Shown here: in pieces, positions 36,701 through 47,692 of the stretch
How the letters are laid out: every line of letters starts with the position of its first letter
Position numbering within the stretch: the first letter of the stretch is position 1
NCBI GenBank assembly: GCA_043228905.1
Contig: JBHGNT010000008.1
Span: forward strand, 19,778,001-19,842,000
Length of the DNA: 64,000 nucleotides
Source of the DNA: Azolla caroliniana
Lineage: Eukaryota > Plantae > Polypodiophyta
Direction of reading: 5' to 3'
Notes under the pieces: model-generated
Told to the model about the DNA's origin: nothing
The model's input: only the letters and a program-made list of their open reading frames with translations
The model's database searches: none
Program-made: the position numbers and the translations under genes

Positions 36701-39700
36701 CGCCATGTACTCATTGTACCCGTAGCGCGTAACGGGGTTCCTCTTGCGGGAAGACCGATGTAACTTGTCATCACCCAGTTTGGGGCCCTTCTTGGCCGGT
36801 TCGGACTTCGTTCCCGAAGATCCGCTTTCATCCTTTCCAGAGTCGGATTCGCTCCGATTCGACTCAACGTCGTCGGTTTCGTATTCCGACAGTTTCTGCT
36901 TCCCTTTCTCTTTGTGCATGAATTGTCTCCTCTGTTCCTTGTGCGCGGAGAGCACGACAGAATCTCCACTACTCATCGGTTCTTCATCCACTCAACCGGA
37001 ATGCGATCAGACTCTGTTCTAGAGTGCCAAAATCTTCATCTTCTACCTAGACCTCCTCGGGCTCACTAGCCTCATCTTTCGGAATAGGGTTTCATCGGGA
37101 GTTGGAGTCGGTAAGGTGTACCATGATGCCGTCTCATCAAACTCGACATCTCAGCTTACTCGAACTTGCTTAGTCTGGGGGTTATAGCACCTATACCCCT
37201 TTTTCTCATGTGAGTAACCAATTAGGATGCAGTTCTCCAACTTTGGATCCAGCTTCCTCCGCTTTTCATCCGGTACGTGCACATATGCTATGCTACCGAA
37301 TATCCAAAGTATCTCAAATTCGGCTTTTGCCCGAAATACAGCTCATGTGCTGACACCTTGTCACCGATCCGGTTTTGGATGTAGACGATCGTCCGACCGC
37401 CTCAACCCAGTAGAATTGGGACATGCTCTTCTCCTCCAGCATTGCCCTGGCGACATCGACAATCAACCGGTTCTTCCTTTCGGCCACACCATTTTCCTCC
37501 GGTGTGTATCTGCACCTAAATTCCCTCCGAATTCCATTTTGCTGCAGATAACTGTTGAATTGGCCGGAAAAGTATTCTTTTGCGCCATTTGACCGCAAGC
37601 ACTTGGCCTTCCTCTCTGTTTCCCATTCAACTAAGCTTTGCAAGTTCCGAAAACACTTGAAGACTTCGCTCGTCCTCTCGATGAGGTAGATCCATGTGTG
37701 CCAGCTGTAGTCGTCCATGAAGAAGACGAAATACCGACTCCCCCCAAGACTAACGTTTTGTGTCGGTCCCCATACATCCGAATGCATTAGATCGAGCTTA
37801 TTACAGCTCCAGTTTCGTTCGGTGGGGAATGGAAGCCGGTGTTGCTTCCCGAGTTGGTAGGCTTCACATATTTGGGCCTTCCGGCCACTGAATTTCAGCA
37901 AACCAAAAACAACTTGTTTCTATTGCAGGTCCTGAAGCCTCTGGTAGTTGACGTGGCCGATCTGCTTGTGCCATAGGTCGATGTCCGATTCAACCTTCTA
38001 CCCTTTCGTAAACATAGCGGTGCTGACGTCATTAGTGTTGAGGATGAACATCCTCCCTTCCCTGCGCCCTTGCGCTATTATCTGACCTTCTTCTTCGATG
38101 AAGCACCCGAGGTGCATAAACCGCACCTGCATTCCCTGGTCGACGATTTGTCCGACCGAAACCAGGTATTTTGTGATTGTCGGAATGTGTAATACAATCA
38201 TCAGCTTCCCCTTCTGTCCAACATGGCTTAAAGGGACTTCTCTGACATGCACAATCGGGTGAGGGGTGTCGTCTCCGGTTTTGACAATTCCCGGTTGTTC
38301 CGGTTTCCCCAAAAAGGAGAACCACTCTTTATGGCTCGTCATGTGGTTGAATACTCCGGAATCAACGTACCATACTTCCTCCGATTTGGAAGTAGTCTTC
38401 TTCATTGAATTAGCCTTGTGTTCCATCACGAAGGCTGGCCCTTTACCTGTTTTCCTGGTTTTGGATCATTCCAATCCTTCCGCGTAGTGCGAGCTTTGCC
38501 GGTTCTCCCGACTGATTTTGCCGGATCCGGATTTGTCCAAATCGGCGCGCTTCTTCCAACACTCGCTTTCCCTGTGGCCCTTTCTACCATAGTACCAACA
38601 TTCCGTGTCAGCCTTTCCTTGCCGGTTCCCGGCGCCGCTTTCACTCCCTGTGCTTGTGGAGGGTCCGGAACTGCTGTCAGCACCACCTCTGTGCCTCTAG
38701 TCTTGCTCTTGCCAACCGGCTCCATTGCGTGCCAACCCACCTCGTCCACCACGTCTATGGCGCCGATCTGTCTCCGTGTACAACATTCGGTCGTGCGATT
38801 GAGTGGTCCTTGACCCACTTGCGTGGTTTTCTTCAACCATCAGCATCGATTGCAAGTCGAAGAAGGACGGGGGTTTCTCCCAGGTGTAGATCGCTATCCA
38901 GATTGGCCCGTACCTTTGTGCTAGAGCACTGAGGCAGATTTGTACCATCTTCGTCCACCGTCACATTGATGGACCCGAGTGCATCGCAAATCTCCTTTAT
39001 CTTGCTGGTGTAGTTCGTAACTGACATGTCTCTTTGCCGGATGTTGTTCAGCTCTTGCCGGAGGTGCAACTTACGGGTTGTGGTACTCGCAGCTAAAATC
39101 TTCCTCAGATTTCCCCAGGCCTCCTTCGGCGTTTTTGCATCCTTTATGTAGCCGAGCATCTGGTCGTGCACACAGGACGCGAGGCAGTACAATACTCGGC
39201 TCGCTCCTTGCTCCCATACCGGGAAGTCATTGTGTGCCGGCTCCTTCCAAGAAGCTCCAATATCCATGCCCTAGCAGGTATTGGTGCATTTTATATGACT
39301 AGGACACATAGTTGCTCCAGTCGAGCTTCTCTGTGGGAAGTGAACTCGCCATTCCTCTGTCCATGTCTTCTCTTTGTCTGTTGTTGCTAGGTTCTAGGGT
39401 TCATCTATGAAAGCAAGCGTCGGCCACAAAGGTTCTCAACCCACGCGCTCTGATACCATGAAAATGTTAATGTGCGGAAGCGTCAGATAGAACTGGCTCA
39501 GCCAGATAGCAACAGAAAATGAGATGAAGGTTTTAATGGAGAAGCTTAACACAGAGAGTATATCCAGAAGAGACAGAGAGAGCAGAACATAGACTATATT
39601 AAAAAATAACTCGAAAACTCTGTACATACAACGTGCTAAACACTCTTTATACAAGTCCATAAAGGACTAACAGAAATACTCATAGGTACTTCAATATTCC

Positions 39701-41130
39701 TACGTGCGATTGACACTGACTACAAGACAATGATTACCTAGTAGTCTAGGCTTCCGGTTCCCACTCAAATCCAGCTCTTTGATAAGTCTCCCCAATGCGG
39801 CCGGTTGTTTCCGGATACCGATCCGGCTCAGCCTTCTAGATATCTGATCCGGCTCAGGCTTATTCAGCCGATCCGGATCCAGTTGAGCTTGCTCGCTCAA
39901 CATGAATCTTTGTACCACTGATGTAATACTAGGTTATCTCTGGTTTTATAATAAAAACTCTTCTTTATCTATTGATTAGGTTCACCATTCAATTATTTTT
40001 GTATTGAACGATTGTACTCACTTTATTCAATGTGTCAAAAAACAATCTCTTTCGATTGTTTCCTCTCCATCAATATTGAAGATGTCTTGTTCTTCTTTAT
40101 TTTATTGTGTACTTGATCTGAACATTCATGTTTATAATATCGATAATGTCTCAGGTCATTGATCATATTTTGAACAACAACTCTATGAAATAAAAAATTA
40201 TTTTCATGATGTTTTTTCAAGTGAACTACCACATGAGTTACCTCCTAAACATAATATAGACCATCATATAGGTCTTTGATCTGGCAAAGCGGATGAGGTA
40301 TCTAAGGAACTCAACGACTATTTACGAATGGCTTATATATGTTATAGTAAATCTCCATGGGGTGAACCTATTCTCTTGGTAAAAAAGAAAGAGGGCACAT
40401 GGCGTATGTCTATTAATTACGAATGCTTGAATAAAGTGACGATGAAGAATTCATATCCATTGCTAACGATCTAATTGACCATCTCCAAGGAGCTCGATAT
40501 TTTACGAAACTTGATCCTCGTATGGGCTACCATCAAATTCATATAGGTGAGGAAGATGTTCCTAAAACGACATTTCGTATGTGCTATGGTCATTATGAGT
40601 TTTTGGTGATGCCTTTTGGTTTGACCAATGCTCCGGCTGCATTTCAACAAGAAATGAATGACATTTTTCGAGAACAACTTGGAAAATTTGCATTTATTTT
40701 CTTTAATGATATTCTATTTTATAGACGTACATTAGAAAGAACATGTTGAACATGTCCGCTTTCTTTTACAATCCTTGCACAAGAAACAATTCTACGCGAA
40801 TATCTCAAAATGTGAGTTCTTGAAGAGATCAATTACTTACTTGGGACATCTCATAACCAAAAGAGAAGTTGAATATGATCCTTCTCGCATCGAGAAAGTC
40901 AAACTTTAGGCTACTCTTCAGAATAATCGAGAAGTTCAATCATTCCTTAGTTTTGTCGAGTTTTTGCAAAAGTCTCCTCGCAATTACTCTCAGTTGACGT
41001 CGTCATTTACTGATATTCCGAAAGGTCAAAAACGTAACTCTACAAAACCTATGTTATGGAATGCTTCAGTAGAGCTCAGCTTTAAGGAACTCAAGGACCA
41101 GGTGTGCAAAGCTCCTTTGCTTCTTTTACC
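33770..41130 (+). pseudogene. pol: Second, LTR-less PR-RT fragment of the C family (split by copia F)
   Basis: 33770-34115 and 39903-41130 align by eye with 18711-20320 of element C. Confidence 0.85.
34116..39902 (-). mobile_element. Element F: full-length decayed Ty1/copia
   Basis: LTRs 39459-39902 (5') and 34116-34547 (3'); TSD TGAAT at 34111-34115 and 39903-39907; PBS-Met TGGTATCAGAGC next to the 5' LTR; minus-strand PPT GAGGGGGAG at 34548-34556; gag, PR (WYVDSG..NHMT), INT (HSDVWGP), RT (YVDD) and RH. Confidence 0.95.
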
Positions 41131-41510
41131 AGGTGGATTAATGATACAACATGTCGTCTTAACCTTCCTACACACATGCGACTTCACCCAGTCTTTCATA
41201 GCTCTCTTTTGGAACCTTCCCACACCTTTTCACTTCCTAATCGTGTCGTGCCACCTCCGGCTTTTGTCCAACTTGCTGATGGCCCCGAATATGAGGTAGC
41301 TCCTATCCTCGATTCTAAGATTGTGCACAATAAGATCTATTATCTAGTTGATTGGCTTGGCTATCCTCTAAGTGATCGCACGTGGGAAACTATCGATAAC
41401 ATTTGTAATGCTCAAGCTCTTGTCGACAACTTCCATCGTTGTTATCCAAACAAACCTAACCCTACATTGTTAATGTCAATTTCCACTCACCATTCTCAAA
41501 GGAGGGATAG
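41131..41510 (+). pseudogene. Integrase C-terminus and chromodomain of element D
   Basis: RLNLPTHMRLHPVFHSSLLEP...EYEVAPILDSKIVHNKIYYLVDWLGYPLSDRTWE..NAQALVDNFHRCYPNKP. Confidence 0.88.
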
Positions 41511-42329
41511 TGTCATGAACATTGTGGCGTCACCCGAAATTGAATCTAGGACCTTAAAATACATAATTGAAAACCCCAACCATTAAGATAGTCGATTGTC
41601 ATATAAAACAATAAAAGGTACGTTTGTAATATCTTCATTATTGTAAAAACTTTGGAACATTCTAGAATGTTCTAGAATATCCTAGAACATCTTAGAATAT
41701 TCTAGGTCTAGAACATTCTAGAACATTATAGAAATCTCTAGGTTATGCTATAGAAACCTATAATTAGAGACATACATGTCTTCTCAAATCAATTCGAATC
41801 AACACCAGTCTTAAGCTTTTATCACCTATCTAGTATCTAATTCCTCTTATTCTCATTCTATCTTAACACACTCATTCTTCTCCTATCATTTCATTCCTTT
41901 CTTCTTGTGTTCTCTTCGTATTGTTCTTCCATCACTCTATCTTTTACTCTTAGTTCTGATAGTTTATGGCAAAATTTGCCTTTTGAATGATTGTCCTAGC
42001 ACTGAATAAAGTTGATATTACTTGGTTTGTGTTTTTCTAAACTCGAGTAAGTTGTTGTCATGATCAAATTGATCATTAGTTCAGTATCAACAATATGTTA
42101 TAGCAACTTAGGACTTATCATATCTTCTTGCGTTAAGCATCCATGCATATATTCATTTCACCTAGCTCAGAATCTAAATTTACATTTTCATCATATGCAG
42201 GTGGTTCATTGGTGTTGGAAGCTTGTGCTATAACTTTATCAATCTCTTCAAGGAGATTTTCATTAAGTTTGTTTTATTCATTTGCATTTGTATTAAACGA
42301 CATTCCCACCTCCTAATGTTCGTATTTGT

Positions 42330-43190
42330 AGAAACTACTTCCAATATTGAATAAAATATTCTATGTATTAGAAAACTTTTATGTGCACAATAACTTGACT
42401 ACGAATAGCTTTAGCCTATAACCATGCAGATGGGGACTAACAATTAAGGACATTCCATGCATGTGGTTCAATTATTTGCCACTTGAAATAATAGAAAGAT
42501 TTGAAAGGTAACGGATTATTGGTGCCCATGGGCATGTTGAGGGCACATAGAAGAACTCAAAGTACCAAGTGAATATCTAAACTCTGACTTATATTAAGGT
42601 CATGTGTGTGTGCATCTGGGAATATTTTCTAATTAGAATTAGTTCTGTTCGGTAAGGATGACAACCATCATCAACTCTCCTTCGTTATGTATTGATGAAT
42701 TGGATATATGGTTGATGAGCTTGAAAAAAGTGACAATGAAGAAGTTATAGTTCAGAATGAGATTTTCATGTGTTTGTTAAAACAAATGATTTGGTTCTTC
42801 TAGGAAATACTTCAAGTTTTGAATAAAATATTCTATGTATTAGAAAACTTTTGTGTGTACAATAAGTTGACTACGAATAGCTTTAGCCTCTAACCATGCA
42901 TATGGGGGCTAACAATTAAGGATGTTCCATGCATGTGGTTCAATTATTAGCCACATGAAATAATAGAAAGATTTGAAAGGTAAGAGATTATTCGTGCCCA
43001 TAAGCATCTTGGGAACACATAGAAGAACTCAAAGTACCAAGTGAATATCTAAACTCTGACTTATATTAAGGTGATGCATGTGTGCACTATAAGTCGAGTA
43101 TGAATAGCTTTAGCCTCTAACCATGCATACGTGGGATTAACAATTAAGGATATTCCATGCATGTGGTTAATTATCAACCATTTGAATTTT
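42330..43190. repeat. Degenerate tandem duplication (about 280-bp block, 470-bp period, third partial copy)
   Basis: 42331-42612 matches 42805-43085; a partial copy lies at about 43095-43190. Confidence 0.85.
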
Positions 43191-43611
43191 CCCAAAACAA
43201 GAACTACTTTCCAATTAGTTAAGACAGATTTTTACAGAAAGACTATACAAGGTGGCTTATATATAAATCGGGGAATCAACCCCCATCCGAGTTGAAGAAT
43301 ATGAGACTAGGTACATATCCACTCATACTTTCTATTTAATGTAATTAGGTACCTAGAGCTATAGTCTAATAGCAATCACCACCGGCCAGCACGAGCCCGA
43401 TCCTCAATGCTTCAACAGAGGGAGGGTGGGAGGTTTGTAGGAAAAAACCCACATGGGGGTTAGTAGTTCCAACTCGGGCCATCAATAGAAAGTTTAAAAT
43501 ACATTGTGCTTCGAGTTCCCTTTAGTGAATGTGGGAACAACGGTTTACTAAAATCTTTCTATCTCCAACTTCACAAATCTACAAAGGTCACCCTTCAATA
43601 TGCGTATATCC

Positions 43612-43738
43612 AAAAGTGCTCTAAGAACCATCCTACTAAACATATTAAAAGTTAAAACATTTGGTGTATAGAACAAAAGTGCTCTAAGAACCATCCTACT
43701 AAACATATTAAAAGTTAAAACATTTAGTGTATAGAACA
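43612..43738. repeat. 63-bp tandem duplication
   Basis: AAAAGTGCTCTAAGAACCATCCTACTAAACATATTAAAAGTTAAAACATTT.GTGTATAGAACA occurs twice. Confidence 0.9.
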
Positions 43739-44129
43739 TTTCAATATTGAGCTGCCTCATTTCACTTAGACAATGACTAACTTAGAAGCCTATATATAAG
43801 AAATTAAAAATCGACTCACACCCTAAGCCAGAGGCCCAATGCCAATCCCTTTTGTAGAGTACAAAGACCTTAACCCAATTAGATGCAATTATCTTTTAAA
43901 ATTATTTCCTAAATTCCAACGAAGTTGCCAATGGGGTGAAGAACGTGTTTCAACATCATGAGCTTATTATATGTTTATTAACATGTGGGTATTATATACT
44001 TTCAAGTCTATTATTTCTTTGTTAACAGAATATATTTAGACAATAGAGAGTTTCAATGTATATTAAAGGCTCTTGTAATTAGGAGAGCAATTGTGAGAAT
44101 AATGAAGCCTTTGTGGTTGTCATCAACGC

Positions 44130-45150
44130 AAGGTATCCCTCAACCTATGACTACCCTATGAGTAAACAAACACGCCCTAAGGATGGAGACCCCATGCTCT
44201 ACATCTAGAGCCTAGGTTTTGATAAAAAACTCAAGAAAAATAAATTTCTTGCCACTTTTCTTGAACTCATGCAAAACTCTTTTGCATGATTAATAATGTG
44301 TAACGTTTGTCTCTCTTTGCAAGAGATTCGTGGTACAAAGTTGTGTGATACCTCTTTGAACCACATTACCACATTATCAGCATACTATTTTTAAATTAAT
44401 TACAATCCCTGATTAAATTATTTTTGCCAAAAGAGATTTTCAAGCACTTGATAAATGGTCGAAAACTAGGATGCATTGAAAATGTTCTTCTGGTTTAGGG
44501 TTTAGGGTTTAGGGTTTAGGGTTTAAGGTTTGTTTAAGGGCCTAAGGTGCCATGTGCCATTTGTTTAACGGGAAATACCTCCTTGAAACCATGATTGCCC
44601 TTTGCATAGACAAGTAGAGAGGATCCACACCCTAAGGTTGACCCCATGTGCTAAACGTAACGGGATTGATAGAAATTCTCAATTGAAAATTTAAAGTTTA
44701 TGAACACTTTGTTAACAAAACATATTCTCAAGCTCTTGACAAATGGTGTAGAAGCAGGCCATGTTGGGAATGTTCTCTTCATTACCAAAGGAGTCGTGTG
44801 CCATTTCATTCAGAGGGGGCAACCCCCTGAAACCATGATTGCCCTATAAGTAGACAAACAAAGAGGGTCTACACATTAAGGTTGAGAACCCCATGCAATA
44901 ATCCTAGGAGAATTAATAATAATCCCTAATTGAAAATTTCAATTCTATGAAAGTTTTCTTAGCGAAAGAGATTTTCATGCAATTACAAACAGTAGAGAAC
45001 CACAACGTGTTGAGAACGTTCTCTTTGTTGCCAAAAGAGTCGTGTGCTATTGATTGGAGGGGCACACCCTAAAACCATGATTTCCATGTAAGTAAACAAA
45101 CACAAAGGATTTACACCCTAAGATTGAGGGGCCCATTTGCTAAGTATAGA
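44130..45150. repeat. Degenerate ~250-290 bp tandem units upstream of PR-1
   Basis: Recurring GAAACCATGATTGCCC..TAGACAA..CACCCTAAGGTTGA..CCCCATG blocks near 44150, 44585, 44830 and 45072. Confidence 0.75.
44494..44531 (+). repeat. Interstitial telomeric repeat (TTTAGGG)4 plus degenerate copies
   Basis: Seen directly in the sequence. Confidence 0.9.
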
Positions 45151-45573
45151 GGGTTGGGCTAACTTGAAAGAAGTAAGGGGCCAATAAGATTCACATTACT
45201 CTCATTAAAACTATATAATATTTATCGTCTACTTATTTTCTAGATATGTAGAGTCTATTTTTGTTTTGAAGAGACTACAATTAGGATCATTATAGTCCAA
45301 TATCATTGAATATTATAAACATATGACAACACCGACTCAAATTTAATATTAATCCCTAATTGGAAGACATGGTCCCTTGGCTTATTATATTAGCGAATAT
45401 GCGTAGATGCGCATATTTTCCAACCTATATTTTAATACATTGGACATGCATTTTATTATATTTGACAATAACATATAATTTAGGCTACAACGTTGAATTG
45501 TATCACGTGGAGGATGGAGGATAGCCTTGACTTTGATAGGCATATTTCTATCCTTGACATTATTATCTATGAG

Positions 45574-45623
<50 letters not shown>

Positions 45624-46683
45624 TATATATATATAGGTATAGATGTATATCATAGTACAAGCACAAACACACATAACGAGGGGAAGTTAATATTCGACAA
45701 AGGAAATACTACCTTTTGTCCAATACTAAGCAACCACCACATACAATGAAAAATCAACATATTAATTATGCACCTTTTACTCTTCTATTAGTGTTGATAA
45801 GTTGTTTTGTTGGTTGCATAGCGCAAACACAACAAAATCAATTTCTAAATGCACATAATGTGGAGAGGCAAAAATTGGGCATTCCACTTCTAGTTTGGAG
45901 TAAAACATTGGAAGACTATGCCAACAAATATGCCATAAGCCAAGATAAACCCCAAGCTGGTTGTGCTGGTGCATTACGCCACTCCAAAGGTCCTTATGGA
46001 GAGAACTTGTATTGGTATTGGACTACCACCCGCACCCTAGCAACACCTAATCAAGCCTTGACAGATTGGATATCTGAGAAGCGATACTACAACTACAAGA
46101 CCAACACTTGTGCAACTGGCCAACAATGCGGCCACTATACACAAGTGGTGTGGGCCAAGACACAGCGTGTTGGATGCGTCGCTCATAAATGCACCTCCAA
46201 CCCACTTGCAACATACATCATATGCAACTACGACCCCCCTGGAAACTATATTGGCCAACGTCCATACTAAATTTCCATCTTATTTTCATGCATTTCCACC
46301 TACAACTACATGTGTTCCTAATTCATCTAAGCTAAGTTATGGTTTACCCTCCAAATCTTTCTAATTGCTCCCAAATCATATGTATCATTATTAAGAGAAA
46401 GTGATTTTTTTCACTTTCCCATGTTATTTTGCTAATGCTTATAATTCACTTACCTAATCATTTATGTCATCTTTGAAGTGTCACCAATTTATAAGAGACA
46501 CCTAATTAATTGGAAACCGTAGATATTATACTTCATGAGAAAACTAATTGTTTTGGACAAAATGGCCTTTAGGACTCCATGTGAGAATTTTGTGGGCTCA
46601 AAATTTGATTGAAAGGGATATAAAGAATATTTATTTCCTATAGTATTCTTATTAAAATCCTATGATAAAATTTGATGTACTCG
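44547..46683 (+). repeat. Segmental duplication copy 1 (about 2.1 kb, PR-1 with promoter and 3' flank); copy 2 at about 54441-56442
   Basis: Colinear high similarity from CATGTGCCATTTGTTTAA to ATGTACTC in both blocks. Confidence 0.92.
45746..46270 (+). CDS. PR1: Pathogenesis-related protein 1 (CAP/SCP superfamily), secreted and basic, 174 aa, intronless
   Basis: Signal peptide MKNQHINYAPFTLLLVLISCFVGCIA; FLNAHNVER, HSKGPYGENL, CGHYTQVVW and RVGC motifs; C-terminal CNYDPPGNYIGQRPY (CAPE peptide); six conserved Cys; preceded by (CT)n/(AT)n and TATA-like sequence. Confidence 0.96.
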   Translation: MKNQHINYAPFTLLLVLISCFVGCIAQTQQNQFLNAHNVERQKLGIPLLVWSKTLEDYANKYAISQDKPQAGCAGALRHSKGPYGENLYWYWTTTRTLATPNQALTDWISEKRYYNYKTNTCATGQQCGHYTQVVWAKTQRVGCVAHKCTSNPLATYIICNYDPPGNYIGQRPY

Positions 46684-47692
46684 CATAGAAACTTAAATTG
46701 ATGCAAGAACTTGTGAATACCAAAACCTTACTAACTCACACAAGAAAATTTCTTCAAAAATAAATTTAATACTACATACCTTCTATTACGACTAGTCCAC
46801 CATCAACACAAATTAATAGAAAAACAATTTAATAAGTACTAGTAACTCCCAAAACTAGAGTCTATTGTTCGAAGAAAACAAATAGGAATCATTGGAATGT
46901 CAAACCTTTAGTAATTGAATCGTTTGTACTTCCAAGGTTCTTTATTTTAAGCAATGATAACAGTCATAACAATTTCTTTAATCTAGGTAGAGCACGACCA
47001 TCATCAAAGTATTGTATCCGTTGGAGGGAGGCAGATCAATAGTAAAGTCCATACTAATTACATCCCATAGGCGAGACAGAATCCGCATTTGTTGTAGTAG
47101 ACCGAATGCTTTGCCTCATCTTGCTTGCATTGGTTGACAGACTCTGAATGAGGGTGTATACTCAATAATTTCCTTCTCCATTTTAGTCCACATGAAATAC
47201 TCTTTAGTGGCCCTTAATGTTTGTTTTTGTCCTCCATGCCAAACCACGTGGCAATTATGGACTTCACACAATATTTTGGCCATTAGGTGTATATTATTAG
47301 GAATCACCACCTTTATCTTCACTCCATAATAGCTCGTCATGCAACGTAAATAATCCATGAGCCGTTTGTCCACTTTCCACTTCATCTATAAATTGTCGTA
47401 TTGCTGCTTCATTTTCTTGAGCTTGTTGAAATTCTTCGATCCATCCATGAACCGTGATGAAGAAAATGTGATGAATTTGTGGCAGTCTACTCAATGCAGT
47501 CGGTAGAGTGTGCAACTTCCCCTTCTTATGCACAATTTTTATATCAAAGTTTGCCAACATGTCCTCCCATTGTATATGTTTTGTTGACAATCTTGCCTGT
47601 GATTGAAAGTATTGCAAGAATATCTTATGTATCACTACCTTTTTGAATTTATCTTGCACATAATGTCTCGGCTTCCATAGTGCCTATACTAC

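Larger units (their letters stand above)
14814..41961 (+). mobile_element. Element D: Tcn1-like chromovirus (Ty3/gypsy), host of the nested cluster
   Basis: 5' LTR split into ~14814-15058 and 31061-31243 by element B; 3' LTR 41511-41961; PPT AAGGAGGGATAG at 41499-41510; gag at ~31500-32180; chromodomain at 41290-41450. No clear TSD. Confidence 0.8.

Noticed and set aside
43220-43550. SINE-like island
   Set aside because: Locally GC-richer, but no clear A/B boxes, tail or TSD.
45716-45745. N-terminal extension of PR-1 from the ORF track
   Set aside because: It starts at TTG; the ATG at 45746 gives a normal signal peptide and is conserved in the duplicate.
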